A stretch of 64,000 nt of DNA, taken from positions 512,001-576,000 of the forward strand of contig JAVYWL010000001.1 of the NCBI GenBank assembly GCA_038727135.1, in the 5' to 3' direction. This DNA comes from Candidatus Bathyarchaeia archaeon. Its GTDB lineage: Archaea; Thermoproteota; Bathyarchaeia; Bathyarchaeales; Bathycorpusculaceae. Shown piece after piece: positions 40,267-48,985 of this stretch (positions within the stretch are counted from its first letter, which is position 1; each line of letters starts with the position of its first letter). Both the position numbers and the translations under genes were made by a program. The notes beneath the pieces were generated by a model, which was not told the origin of the DNA, made no database searches, and saw only the letters and a program-made list of their open reading frames with translations.

Positions 40267-40314
40267 GCTGTTCCGAAGTATTCTAATAAGCCTTATAGTT
40301 GGGATGCTGGCAAC

Positions 40315-40896
40315 ATGAGTTTGCAATCTTCAAAAAGGAACAGTGGACAACTGGTTCTGCCCGGCGAACCCTTAGGCGTTATTGAAGAGTTTGTTCCAAA
40401 CGCTGGCACATATGTTAAGGACGGGGTCATATACTCGAAGATTGTTGGGCGTTCCCTTCTGGATCTTCTCAACAAGCGGGTTTCAGTCTTCCCATTAGTT
40501 CATGGAGCCCGCGTTCCAAAGGTTGGAAGCATCGTTATAGGGCAAGTTTCCAATGTCCAGACGCAAATAGCCACAGTCCGCATTTTCAAAATTGGAAAGA
40601 AGCTTCTTTCAGGATTTTTCACTGGTCTACTTCATGTTTCTGACGTGCACTTAAGATTTGTTGAGTCCATGTTTGACATCTGCAAGCCCGGCGACATAAT
40701 CCGCGCAAAAGTAATCAGCGAAAAGAACAGGGCTTATCATCTAACAACCAAGGATAAAAGCTTAGGCGTTGTTTATGCGTTTTGTTCTCAATGCGGCGAA
40801 GTGCTGGAGCTTAAAGGCCGAGGTTTGCAGTGTCCAAGGTGCGGGAAAATTGAAAAGCGCAAAACAGCTTTAGACTATGGTAGAGGAATAATCTGA
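40315..40896 (+). CDS. csl4: Exosome subunit Csl4
   Basis: VLPGEPLG, S1 domain, GDIIRAKV, LGVVYAFCSQCG...CPRCG. Confidence 0.93.
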   Translation: MSLQSSKRNSGQLVLPGEPLGVIEEFVPNAGTYVKDGVIYSKIVGRSLLDLLNKRVSVFPLVHGARVPKVGSIVIGQVSNVQTQIATVRIFKIGKKLLSGFFTGLLHVSDVHLRFVESMFDICKPGDIIRAKVISEKNRAYHLTTKDKSLGVVYAFCSQCGEVLELKGRGLQCPRCGKIEKRKTALDYGRGII

Positions 40897-40897
40897 A

Positions 40898-41194
40898 ATG
40901 GTTGGTGGAAAAGTGAAAGTTAACGTTTTAAAGAGAACGGAAAACGAGCTTAAAATTGAGGTTGAAGGGGCTGGTCACACCATCTGTAACCTCCTCCAAA
41001 AAAGGCTTTTAGAAGATGAAAATGTGGAGTTGGCTGGCTACGATATTCCACATCCCCTTACACCAGTTCCAGTCATTTATGTTCGGACAAAGGGCAAAGT
41101 TAAACCCGAGGAGGCTCTACTAAAAGCGTTAGAAAAAGCCCGTGAAATGAACGAGGAGTTTAGCAAAGCCCTCCAAAAAGCCCTTAAAAAGTGA
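40898..41194 (+). CDS. rpoL: RNA polymerase subunit Rpo11/L
   Basis: GHTICNLL, AGYDIPHP. Confidence 0.93.
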   Translation: MVGGKVKVNVLKRTENELKIEVEGAGHTICNLLQKRLLEDENVELAGYDIPHPLTPVPVIYVRTKGKVKPEEALLKALEKAREMNEEFSKALQKALKK

Positions 41195-41573
41195 CTCTAT
41201 CCCTTATCGTCGATAATAGTCGGGTGAAGCCGTCCACAGAATTTTCTGACTTATGTAGTATTGATACACACTCGTCCAGTGGCATGAGTCCATAAAGCCA
41301 GGCATAAACTATGAGGGCTTCGGCGGCATCAGCCAACATGTGGCTTGAAACCCTTGAGGGCATGTGTGTTCTTAACCCGGCCTCTTTGAAGGCTTCCACC
41401 AGCACCGTTCCCTTTACCTTAGCACCGGAAGGTTTGCCTCTTTTCATGGACAATGCTAATGAATAAGCGAAATTTATGTATGCATCGCCCAAAGCTGCCA
41501 ACTTATGGTCGGTGAGCACCTCTGTTAAGCTTCTATAGGACTTTGTGAAAGGAAACCGCTTATGTTTCTTCAA
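41184..41573 (-). CDS. Archaeal RNase III-like domain protein
   Basis: LAALGDAYINF...LADAAEALI. Confidence 0.8.
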   Translation of the reverse strand: MKKHKRFPFTKSYRSLTEVLTDHKLAALGDAYINFAYSLALSMKRGKPSGAKVKGTVLVEAFKEAGLRTHMPSRVSSHMLADAAEALIVYAWLYGLMPLDECVSILHKSENSVDGFTRLLSTIRDRVTF

Positions 41574-41657
41574 TTCTCAACCCTTAAAGGCTCTTGTGCT
41601 CCTCCGACTTATATTTAAGTACAACTCCTTGTGTATGTTGTTTTGGGTGCAAAAAGT

Positions 41658-42785
41658 ATGGCTGCAGAGGAGGTCCGCAGAACCGAGAACATCGAACTTT
41701 CTGAAGAAGCCTTAAGAGAATATCTTTCCAGCTTATATGGCTGCGAAGTGGAGATTCTTGGCTTTTGGAAACTTGGCGAGGAAAAAGTCGAAGGCGTCGG
41801 GGACTTGAAAGGTTTTGGTTATGGTGTACCCTACGTTATTGAGTTCCGGACCAAGGGCGATGTTAAACGGGTTGTGTTGGAAACATTGCGTCCAAACGGT
41901 TTCGGCCACGATTTTCCTTCAGACCGTGCACAAGTTCTTCTTTGGCAGCACAGCGCCTTCAACAAGTTGAATAGGCACGTACGTTCTATCGATGTCGGTG
42001 CTTTCACAGTTGATGGTAAAAAGCTGAAGTCTCTCGGAGACACGGGCGAATTCTTCATTCTAACAGAATTTGTAGAGGGCGTGCCCTACCATTGCGATTT
42101 GGATAGAATTAAGAAAACTGGCAGCCTAACAGATTTGGATGAAGAGAGATGCCTAGCCTTATCCGATTATTTGGTTGAAATCCACTCGGTTAAGAGAAAG
42201 GATGCCCCTCAACTTTACGTCAGGAGGCTTAGAGACCTCCTTGGGCATGGAGAGGGAATCTTCGGATTGGCGGATAGCTATCCCAGCGGCTTAGACTACG
42301 TTAATGAGAAGTTTTTGGTTGAGTTAGAGAAGATGTGTGTTGAGTGGCGGTGGCGTCTTAAAAAGAAAGCCCATAGGCTTTCGCAAGTGCATGGGGACTT
42401 CCACCCATGGAATATCCTATTCAGAGAAGGCTTAGACTTCATAGTTCTTGATCGCAGCAGGGGCGAATGGGGCGAACCAGCAGATGATGTGAGCGCCATG
42501 ACAATAAACTATATCTTTTATTCGCTGCAGGTCTATGGGCGAATGGATGGGCCATTTGATAGACTTTTTCTGCTTTTCTGGCGGAATTATGTGGATAAAA
42601 CAGGTGATGAAGAAATTTTAAGCGTAATCCAACCCTTCTATGCTTGGAGAAGCCTTGTTTTAGCCTCGCCTATATGGTATCCAAATCTTCAGACCGATGT
42701 AAGAAGGAAGATTTTGCAGTTTTCACAGAAAATGCTAAAAACTAAAACCTTCGACTATGAGAACGTCGACGTGTACTTCAGATAA
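41658..42785 (+). CDS. Aminoglycoside/choline phosphotransferase family kinase
   Basis: VHGDFHPWNILF, VLDRSRG. Confidence 0.85.
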   Translation: MAAEEVRRTENIELSEEALREYLSSLYGCEVEILGFWKLGEEKVEGVGDLKGFGYGVPYVIEFRTKGDVKRVVLETLRPNGFGHDFPSDRAQVLLWQHSAFNKLNRHVRSIDVGAFTVDGKKLKSLGDTGEFFILTEFVEGVPYHCDLDRIKKTGSLTDLDEERCLALSDYLVEIHSVKRKDAPQLYVRRLRDLLGHGEGIFGLADSYPSGLDYVNEKFLVELEKMCVEWRWRLKKKAHRLSQVHGDFHPWNILFREGLDFIVLDRSRGEWGEPADDVSAMTINYIFYSLQVYGRMDGPFDRLFLLFWRNYVDKTGDEEILSVIQPFYAWRSLVLASPIWYPNLQTDVRRKILQFSQKMLKTKTFDYENVDVYFR

Positions 42786-42978
42786 GGATTTGGAGATTGA
42801 GACTTTGAGTGGGGATTTAAGGTCGGATGTAAAGGCTATGTTGAGGCAGATAGGCTACTCCGAAAAAGCGGTTGAGGAAATATTGAAATGGTATGAAAGT
42901 GGTGGTTTGCAGGCGGAAGGGGTTGGTGAAAGGAGTTTACGTTCTGGCAATATCAGTCAGCAAAAACATAAACGTTAA
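42757..42978 (+). CDS. Small hypothetical protein (start uncertain; overlaps neighbours)
   Basis: Amphipathic MLRQIGYSEKAVEEILKWY segment filling the gap between two genes. Confidence 0.35.
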   Translation: MRTSTCTSDKDLEIETLSGDLRSDVKAMLRQIGYSEKAVEEILKWYESGGLQAEGVGERSLRSGNISQQKHKR

Positions 42979-43345
42979 GGTCTGTTCGCGAAAGAATTTT
43001 TTCTTAGAAAAGGGCTTTTACGCTTATGTGGGTTCTGGTCAAAAAAGCCTCGAAAAACGTCTTATAAGGCACTTTAGCAAGACAGGTAAAAAGCGCTTTT
43101 GGCATATAGACCACCTCCTCGCCATAAACGGCGTAAGTGTTGTAAAGGCTTTTTACAAGGAGGCTGCAAAACAAGAAGAGTGCAGAACTGCGCTAAGCCT
43201 TAGCGGTGTTGCTTTTTCAATTGATGGATTTGGTTGTTCTGATTGTAAGTGTGAAAGTCACCTCTTCCGTTTTGAAAGCTTAAGCCTCTTAGAGAATGCT
43301 TGTCTAAAGTTGGGTTTTAAGCTTTTCACCCTATCTTGCCAGTGA
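42893..43345 (+). CDS. GIY-YIG/DUF123 family endonuclease
   Basis: GVYVL, YAYVGS, WHIDHL, FGCSDCKCESHL. Confidence 0.88.
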   Translation: MKVVVCRRKGLVKGVYVLAISVSKNINVKVCSRKNFFLEKGFYAYVGSGQKSLEKRLIRHFSKTGKKRFWHIDHLLAINGVSVVKAFYKEAAKQEECRTALSLSGVAFSIDGFGCSDCKCESHLFRFESLSLLENACLKLGFKLFTLSCQ

Positions 43346-44107
43346 ATCGCCATATTGGGAGACGTCTGTTTTTTGGAGGATTTCCCTTCTCTTAACAACT
43401 TCTTCAAAGCTCATGTAGTCTCCGCCGACGATTTTCAGTTTAGCTTCAACCTTCTTATTTTTGACTTCTATAACGTTGTAGGAGTTGAGGAAGAAGCCCC
43501 TCAGCCTTTCACATGAGACGCTTCCAGCGTGAACCACCTGCATGTCTTCTATTCGCCACCTCCACGGTCTGTGGCGGTGCCCGCACAAGACTAAATCCGC
43601 CCTAGCCTTCACAAGACTTCTAAGGACGTCGCCAGCATCCACTATTGTGATTTGGTCTGCACCTGTGTCTGGAACTGGGATTATGTGGTGGTGTATTGCC
43701 ACAATTTTCACTCGGTCCTTATAATTTTCTAGGGTGTTCTCTAACCAAAGGTTTTGCCTATGACCCACTTCGCCGTCATCCCTGTCGGGGCGGGCGCTGC
43801 TCAGCACAATTATTACGGCGTCGTCGACCTCTGTTATTTGGTTGAAGGGGAAGAACTGTTTGAAAAGCAAATAACCCGTGGAACGGTAATCGTGATTGCC
43901 ACTTATGTAAATGACATTTTTGGCTTTCAAACGCTTAAACTCGTCTGCAGCCATCTTGAACTCGGATAATATGCCGTTTTCCGTTATGTCGCCAGTTATC
44001 ACCACGGCATCAGGCGACAAAGCGTTAATCTCGTCCATGGCGGTGCGGAAAATCACATAATTAAACATCGGTCCACAGTGAACATCCGAAATCTGAACAA
44101 TTAACAT
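43331..44107 (-). CDS. Calcineurin-like metallophosphoesterase
   Basis: SDVH, TGD, GNHD, HHH, GHRH. Confidence 0.92.
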   Translation of the reverse strand: MLIVQISDVHCGPMFNYVIFRTAMDEINALSPDAVVITGDITENGILSEFKMAADEFKRLKAKNVIYISGNHDYRSTGYLLFKQFFPFNQITEVDDAVIIVLSSARPDRDDGEVGHRQNLWLENTLENYKDRVKIVAIHHHIIPVPDTGADQITIVDAGDVLRSLVKARADLVLCGHRHRPWRWRIEDMQVVHAGSVSCERLRGFFLNSYNVIEVKNKKVEAKLKIVGGDYMSFEEVVKRREILQKTDVSQYGDSLAR

Positions 44108-44217
44108 GGCGTTTCGCCTTTCAAACCATGCAGAACAGCAACCAAAATAAATGTTGTGGAAATTAGAATATTCGGGCATTAAACGAAAACATGCTTGAAG
44201 AGCGTACCAAAATGAGC

Positions 44218-44239
44218 GAGGGTTGGTGTGTCTGGGTTA
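44218..44239 (+). repeat. attL core
   Basis: GAGGGTTGGTGTGTCTGGGTTA, identical to 48992-49013; preceded by the original host start ATG AGC at 44212. Confidence 0.95.
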
Positions 44240-44399
44240 GGATACCACTATTATTATTGTCATTAGTAGTGTTATTACTTATATTTTCCATCTTATTCCC
44301 TCAAATCTTATGTAGAGTAGAATAATTATTAAATTTTGTTAAAACTTATTTTTTAAGGGTATTTAAATAGGAGTAGAGATAAGAATAATATTGACCTCT

Positions 44400-44645
44400 A
44401 TGAGTAGAAAAGTAAAATTGTATGAGAGAGTGGAGCCTCCCCAAATTGTAAGACCCAGAAGAGTGGCAGAGTATGATGAACTTATTAAATCCATTGAAAG
44501 TGAACCAAAGGGATGGTATAAGGTGACAATTCCTAACAGAAAGCCTTCCACAATCTTTGTGGCTCTAGCTAAAAAACTCAGAGGTAGAAGAGACCTTAAA
44601 CTCCATTTCATAAACAAAACAGTATACATTGAAAAAATAGAATAG
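44400..44645 (+). CDS. Element small basic protein, possibly DNA-binding
   Basis: 81-aa K/R-rich ORF downstream of a TTTAAATA box. Confidence 0.65.
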   Translation: MSRKVKLYERVEPPQIVRPRRVAEYDELIKSIESEPKGWYKVTIPNRKPSTIFVALAKKLRGRRDLKLHFINKTVYIEKIE

Positions 44646-44773
44646 ATTCCTCTAATCTATATATATTAAGAGTTAAATCTAAGACAATTCCAAGTTCTAA
44701 ATAGTTACAGTACAATATAACAGTAAGGTTTAAAAGCCACTATACTACTTCTTGTACTACTTGGTGATAGGGT

Positions 44774-45418
44774 ATGTCTGATTCAAATATATTGTACCAT
44801 AAATCAAGAGATTGCATTATTGCCTCTAACTTTATTGAAGACCTTCCAATGAATTTGTCTGACTTAGAACAAAGAGCTATAGTAATATCAGCATTGGAAA
44901 AGCTAAAACAAAGTTTGAAAAATACTGATGTAATAACAGACATAGATATTCAGACTATTAGGCTTTATTGTTCTAAAATATTGGATTTAATAGATTATTT
45001 AGAAAAACAAAATAGTGAAAGCTATACGAAACTTATCAAATATCTAAAGGATACATTGAACATTTTAGAAGAATATATAAGAAGCTATTACCATAAGGTG
45101 GAAGCACTCCCAGAATATTCTAGATATGAAAAAGAGTACTGGGGAAGATATTTTACTGACAAGGATTATTATCCACCTTCTTATTATTACTGGAACAAAT
45201 ACACATCTAAAAGTAAACCCATCTTTAAATATATTGATAGAATTACTGGTAAATTAGAATTGACTGAAGAGGCTAAAGATGCAATATTCAGGGAAATAAC
45301 TGTACCTGACAGTAGAAAATACATTTGGGACAGACCTGAAATGACATTTGAGGAATTGATGCAGTATACTTTGGAAAAGTTACAAGAAAGACCAATGAGC
45401 TTAGGTCTAAAAGATTAG
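44774..45418 (+). CDS. Element hypothetical protein (may extend to 45531 through a frameshift)
   Basis: 214-aa ORF with upstream GGTGA RBS; no recognisable motif. Confidence 0.7.
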   Translation: MSDSNILYHKSRDCIIASNFIEDLPMNLSDLEQRAIVISALEKLKQSLKNTDVITDIDIQTIRLYCSKILDLIDYLEKQNSESYTKLIKYLKDTLNILEEYIRSYYHKVEALPEYSRYEKEYWGRYFTDKDYYPPSYYYWNKYTSKSKPIFKYIDRITGKLELTEEAKDAIFREITVPDSRKYIWDRPEMTFEELMQYTLEKLQERPMSLGLKD

Positions 45419-45532
45419 AACTTGAGGCTAAAGAACAACAAGAATTATCCCAAGACCCTTTACATGAAAAGATGGAATTTCTACTAAATGTTTGGTTACC
45501 TTGGGAGAAAAAGAGAATGGAGGAACAGTAAA

Positions 45533-45817
45533 ATGTCTAGGGAAATAGAACACATTAGTCTCCTACAGTTATTAAGTCACAATCCCTTAACACTAGGAGA
45601 GTTAGCTAAGCTAACTTGTGTTAATTCTGAAGCTAAACTCAATGTAATCCTAAACAAACTTGTCAAAAGAGGCTTTCTTGTAAAGTCTAAGACTATAGAT
45701 AATAGGAATCAATATATTATTACTTCTAGAGGATTGCTCTATTTATTCTACAAAATTATGGATAGGAAATTAAAAGAAGGTGATACCTATGTCACAGAAT
45801 CTAGAACAAACCCTTAA
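45533..45817 (+). CDS. Element winged-helix protein
   Basis: LSHNPLTLGELAKLT...LNVILNKLVKRGFLVK...YIITSRG; GGAGG RBS. Confidence 0.75.
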   Translation: MSREIEHISLLQLLSHNPLTLGELAKLTCVNSEAKLNVILNKLVKRGFLVKSKTIDNRNQYIITSRGLLYLFYKIMDRKLKEGDTYVTESRTNP

Positions 45818-46169
45818 ATCTCTAGAGGAAAGGATTAAAGAATTGGAGACTAAGTTTAAGGCTTTATCCTCTATCTTAGGTGAATATGTTGCACAACTAC
45901 AAGTTCTAGAGGAATCTCTAGTTAATACTAGAAATATTAAGAACACTATGACATTAGAAAAGAACAGTCTAGATTCCTATGCATATGATACTCAAGGAAC
46001 AACACCTAGAGAAAGACACATTGAACCTTCTATTCCACTATCTTCTCTAGCATTTGCTACTATTGAAGACTATGAAACTCCTACAGATGAATTGAAAAGA
46101 AAAATAGCTAATGTAGCAGAGCTTATAATAAAGACTGGTAACAAACTAGACTACATAAGTGCAAGATGA
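45789..46169 (+). CDS. Element coiled-coil protein
   Basis: LEQTLKSLEERIKELETKFKAL heptads; GGTGA RBS. Confidence 0.7.
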   Translation: MSQNLEQTLKSLEERIKELETKFKALSSILGEYVAQLQVLEESLVNTRNIKNTMTLEKNSLDSYAYDTQGTTPRERHIEPSIPLSSLAFATIEDYETPTDELKRKIANVAELIIKTGNKLDYISAR

Positions 46170-46215
46170 CAAAAATAGGGGGACTTCATCTTGTCCCCAT
46201 ATCAAGGTGGTGCCT

Positions 46216-46881
46216 ATGTCCCAACAAGTTAAATATGATGGAATGACTTTATTAAGATTTCCAGAACCTAAAAGAGATTATTGCTACAATGTTGGTAGAC
46301 TTAAAGAAGTGTTGGTTTCAGATTTGTCTGATGATATTCTCAATGATTTAGCAGAATTGCACTTTACATTGAAAGATAAGAATGCTGATGTTGTCTATAC
46401 AAAGACTAATTTAGCTCTTGAAGTTATGAATGTCTATAAACCTATACTGGATTATACTAGAATTAGAAGAATAAAGTCTAATCTTAAAGGATATAAATAC
46501 AAAGGCATCATAGTCTCAAGAATGTCTAAAGCCATGAAAAGAAGACTAAAAGGCATTCCTATCTTAGAACTTGGTTTCCAATTGCTTCCTTCTCATTATA
46601 TTTCCTTCTATAGTAGTAGACATTCCACTAAATATAGAAAATTTGTTAATAAGAGGACTATTAAGTATCTAGTTAACTGCCTATATTCTTTCTTTTTGAA
46701 GATTGGAGCTATTAAAAAGACTGTTTCCTCTAATAAGCCTAAATCTAGTTATGTAAATTCTATAGTAAATTCAAGGTTTAGTTTTAGGATAGACAATGTT
46801 AGGGATATTGTTGAAGACTTTTTGGAATATGTTTATCCATGGTTTTTAGAGGAGAGGGTAGGGTGGTTGTATGAAGGTTAG
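46216..46881 (+). CDS. Element hypothetical protein, possible PD-(D/E)XK fold
   Basis: NADVVY...LALEVMN pattern, weak match. Confidence 0.55.
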   Translation: MSQQVKYDGMTLLRFPEPKRDYCYNVGRLKEVLVSDLSDDILNDLAELHFTLKDKNADVVYTKTNLALEVMNVYKPILDYTRIRRIKSNLKGYKYKGIIVSRMSKAMKRRLKGIPILELGFQLLPSHYISFYSSRHSTKYRKFVNKRTIKYLVNCLYSFFLKIGAIKKTVSSNKPKSSYVNSIVNSRFSFRIDNVRDIVEDFLEYVYPWFLEERVGWLYEG

Positions 46882-46914
46882 CAGAGTAGCCTAGTTGAAT
46901 TCTTCAATGTACCA

Positions 46915-47223
46915 GTGGTAACTCTAAAAGATATCAAACAAGACCCTAAAATAGAATTTAATTGTTACTGCTGCACTAAGTCTAGATACTGTAGCAAATT
47001 CCAAGACTTTCTTGTTCTAAGAGAGAAGCTAAAAGGAATGAAACAATTAGCTTTGGATAGCAATATAATCAAAGCAAAAGAGGACTATAAACACTTGTTA
47101 AGGGAACTAAAGAAGGTAAGAAGTCTAATATGGAAATGTACAAGAAGAAGAACCTTTCTATTTGGACTAGGCTACAAGACATTTAGAATAGGTGGTATAG
47201 ATGAAAGAAGATGTAGAAGTTAA
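46915..47223 (+). CDS. Element Cys-containing basic protein
   Basis: CYCCTKSRYC...WKC. Confidence 0.6.
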   Translation: MVTLKDIKQDPKIEFNCYCCTKSRYCSKFQDFLVLREKLKGMKQLALDSNIIKAKEDYKHLLRELKKVRSLIWKCTRRRTFLFGLGYKTFRIGGIDERRCRS

Positions 47224-47533
47224 AACTGTTACTAAAGGAGTGATAGCAGGATTTACTAAATCCATAAATAGGATTAACAGATTAATAACTAAGAATCCTA
47301 AAAAGAGGAGTTTGATAAGAAGGTTAGAGAGAATTGGTAAATGCAATAATTGTAGTAGACCCTTTCAATTGGGTGAACAGTTCATACAAGTAGGACACAA
47401 TAAGTATCACTTAGAATGCTACAATAAAGCATTTCTAGAAGTACCTGATGACTTTACTCCAGAAGAGACATATTTTATAGAATATGGTACTATTCCATCT
47501 TATATAGTAAATACAGACAGTAAACACACATAA
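47201..47533 (+). CDS. Element zinc-finger protein (C-x2-C-x18-H-x2-C)
   Basis: CNNCSRPFQLGEQFIQVGHNKYHLECY. Confidence 0.7.
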   Translation: MKEDVEVKTVTKGVIAGFTKSINRINRLITKNPKKRSLIRRLERIGKCNNCSRPFQLGEQFIQVGHNKYHLECYNKAFLEVPDDFTPEETYFIEYGTIPSYIVNTDSKHT

Positions 47534-48084
47534 TGTAATAGAGTCAAACCCTCTCCTCTTTTTCTCTTCTCTTTTTACTTTTGTTTCCTTTTGACCATAA
47601 CCAAACCATAGGTTAGAACATAGACAGAGCCTATCTATGGAGATTTTTGTCAGTTCTTTTATAGGGTCTTGAAAAACTCCATTACTTATTTAGGATATAT
47701 CTAGACTAATCTAGAAACATAAAGAATAAAGAAAGACAAAAGGAAAAGCCAAAAGAAAACATAGACAAGACTCAAATTCTTTGTTTTTAAAGCACATTTT
47801 TATCTCTTATAGATTAGTGTAAGTGTATAGATAACACACATTTAACATTCAAAATAGAACATAGTGGAAGTGTGTTAAGGACATAGCCATTTAAGCCTAA
47901 CCTATGGTTTATATCACACATTAAAAGGTCTATTTTGTATTGACTTGGATTCTAGACAAATTGAATTAGACAAATTAGACCTTAAACATGCCTTAATCTG
48001 GATTCTAAATAGGTGATTGGACCTAAACAAGGTGAAATATATTCGAATTGTATAGAATGTAGAAAAATAGAGGATATGGAAAAG

Positions 48085-48984
48085 CTATTTCCTTTTCCTA
48101 AAGAGCATTATGTTATCAAAGGTTGTAACATAGTCATAGCCTTGTTCTATCAGACTTTTAGCTTCCTCTATTGTTTTAGCTACTGAACATACCCATTCAT
48201 TCTCATTGAAATTGACAAGGTGTGTGTAGATGAGAGTGTTTTGAATGGAGACATGACCTAGAATTTCTTTAACATACAAGATGTCTCTGGTTTTGTAGTA
48301 GGTCATAGTAGCTTTAAAATGTCTAAGACTTCTTAGAGTAATCATGTTTATTCTTGGATTTCCAAGTTTCTCAGCTATTTGTTTCCTTTTCAGTCTTAAT
48401 CTATCAGCAAAGTCTTCTAGTTTACTCTTATCATTATGTTTGAAGATGTAGATACTTACTCTAGGCAATTGATTCAACATAGCAATTGTCTGATTGGAAA
48501 CTTTAACTATCCTAGCCCTACTACCCTTAGCTGGATTATTAATTATTATAGTGTTGTTCTCAGTATTAACATCAGACCATTTAAGATTCCAAGCTTCTAT
48601 TGGTCTAGCTCCAGTATCCTTGATTACCTGACAGAAGGCAGCATACTTTAGACTTAAGCCTCCAATTAGAGCATTGATTTCACTTTCTAATGGTACAAAT
48701 GGAAGTCTATTGGTTCTCTTGTACTTTGGCTTTTCAAAGTTTATCCCTAGATATTGACAGTACAGAGCATAAGCATCTACAAGCTTCTTCTTGTAACTGT
48801 CAAGGTTCTTATTGGATATGAAAGCCTTAACCTCTTCAACATTGTTCAAGTCTACATGTTTACCTAAGTGTTTCAGAGCATAACCAATGGTTCTTAAAGT
48901 TGATTCCTTGTAGCCCTTGTTCTTAAGGTCAATGAGTAGGTTTATGATATTCTGGTTTTGTTGTTTAGAGAGTGGGTAACTCAT
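48085..48984 (-). CDS. Tyrosine recombinase/integrase
   Basis: TGARPIE (R), PAKG (K), RSLRH, LGH, TLIY (catalytic Y); abuts attR. Confidence 0.95.
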   Translation of the reverse strand: MSYPLSKQQNQNIINLLIDLKNKGYKESTLRTIGYALKHLGKHVDLNNVEEVKAFISNKNLDSYKKKLVDAYALYCQYLGINFEKPKYKRTNRLPFVPLESEINALIGGLSLKYAAFCQVIKDTGARPIEAWNLKWSDVNTENNTIIINNPAKGSRARIVKVSNQTIAMLNQLPRVSIYIFKHNDKSKLEDFADRLRLKRKQIAEKLGNPRINMITLRSLRHFKATMTYYKTRDILYVKEILGHVSIQNTLIYTHLVNFNENEWVCSVAKTIEEAKSLIEQGYDYVTTFDNIMLFRKRK

Positions 48985-48985
48985 T

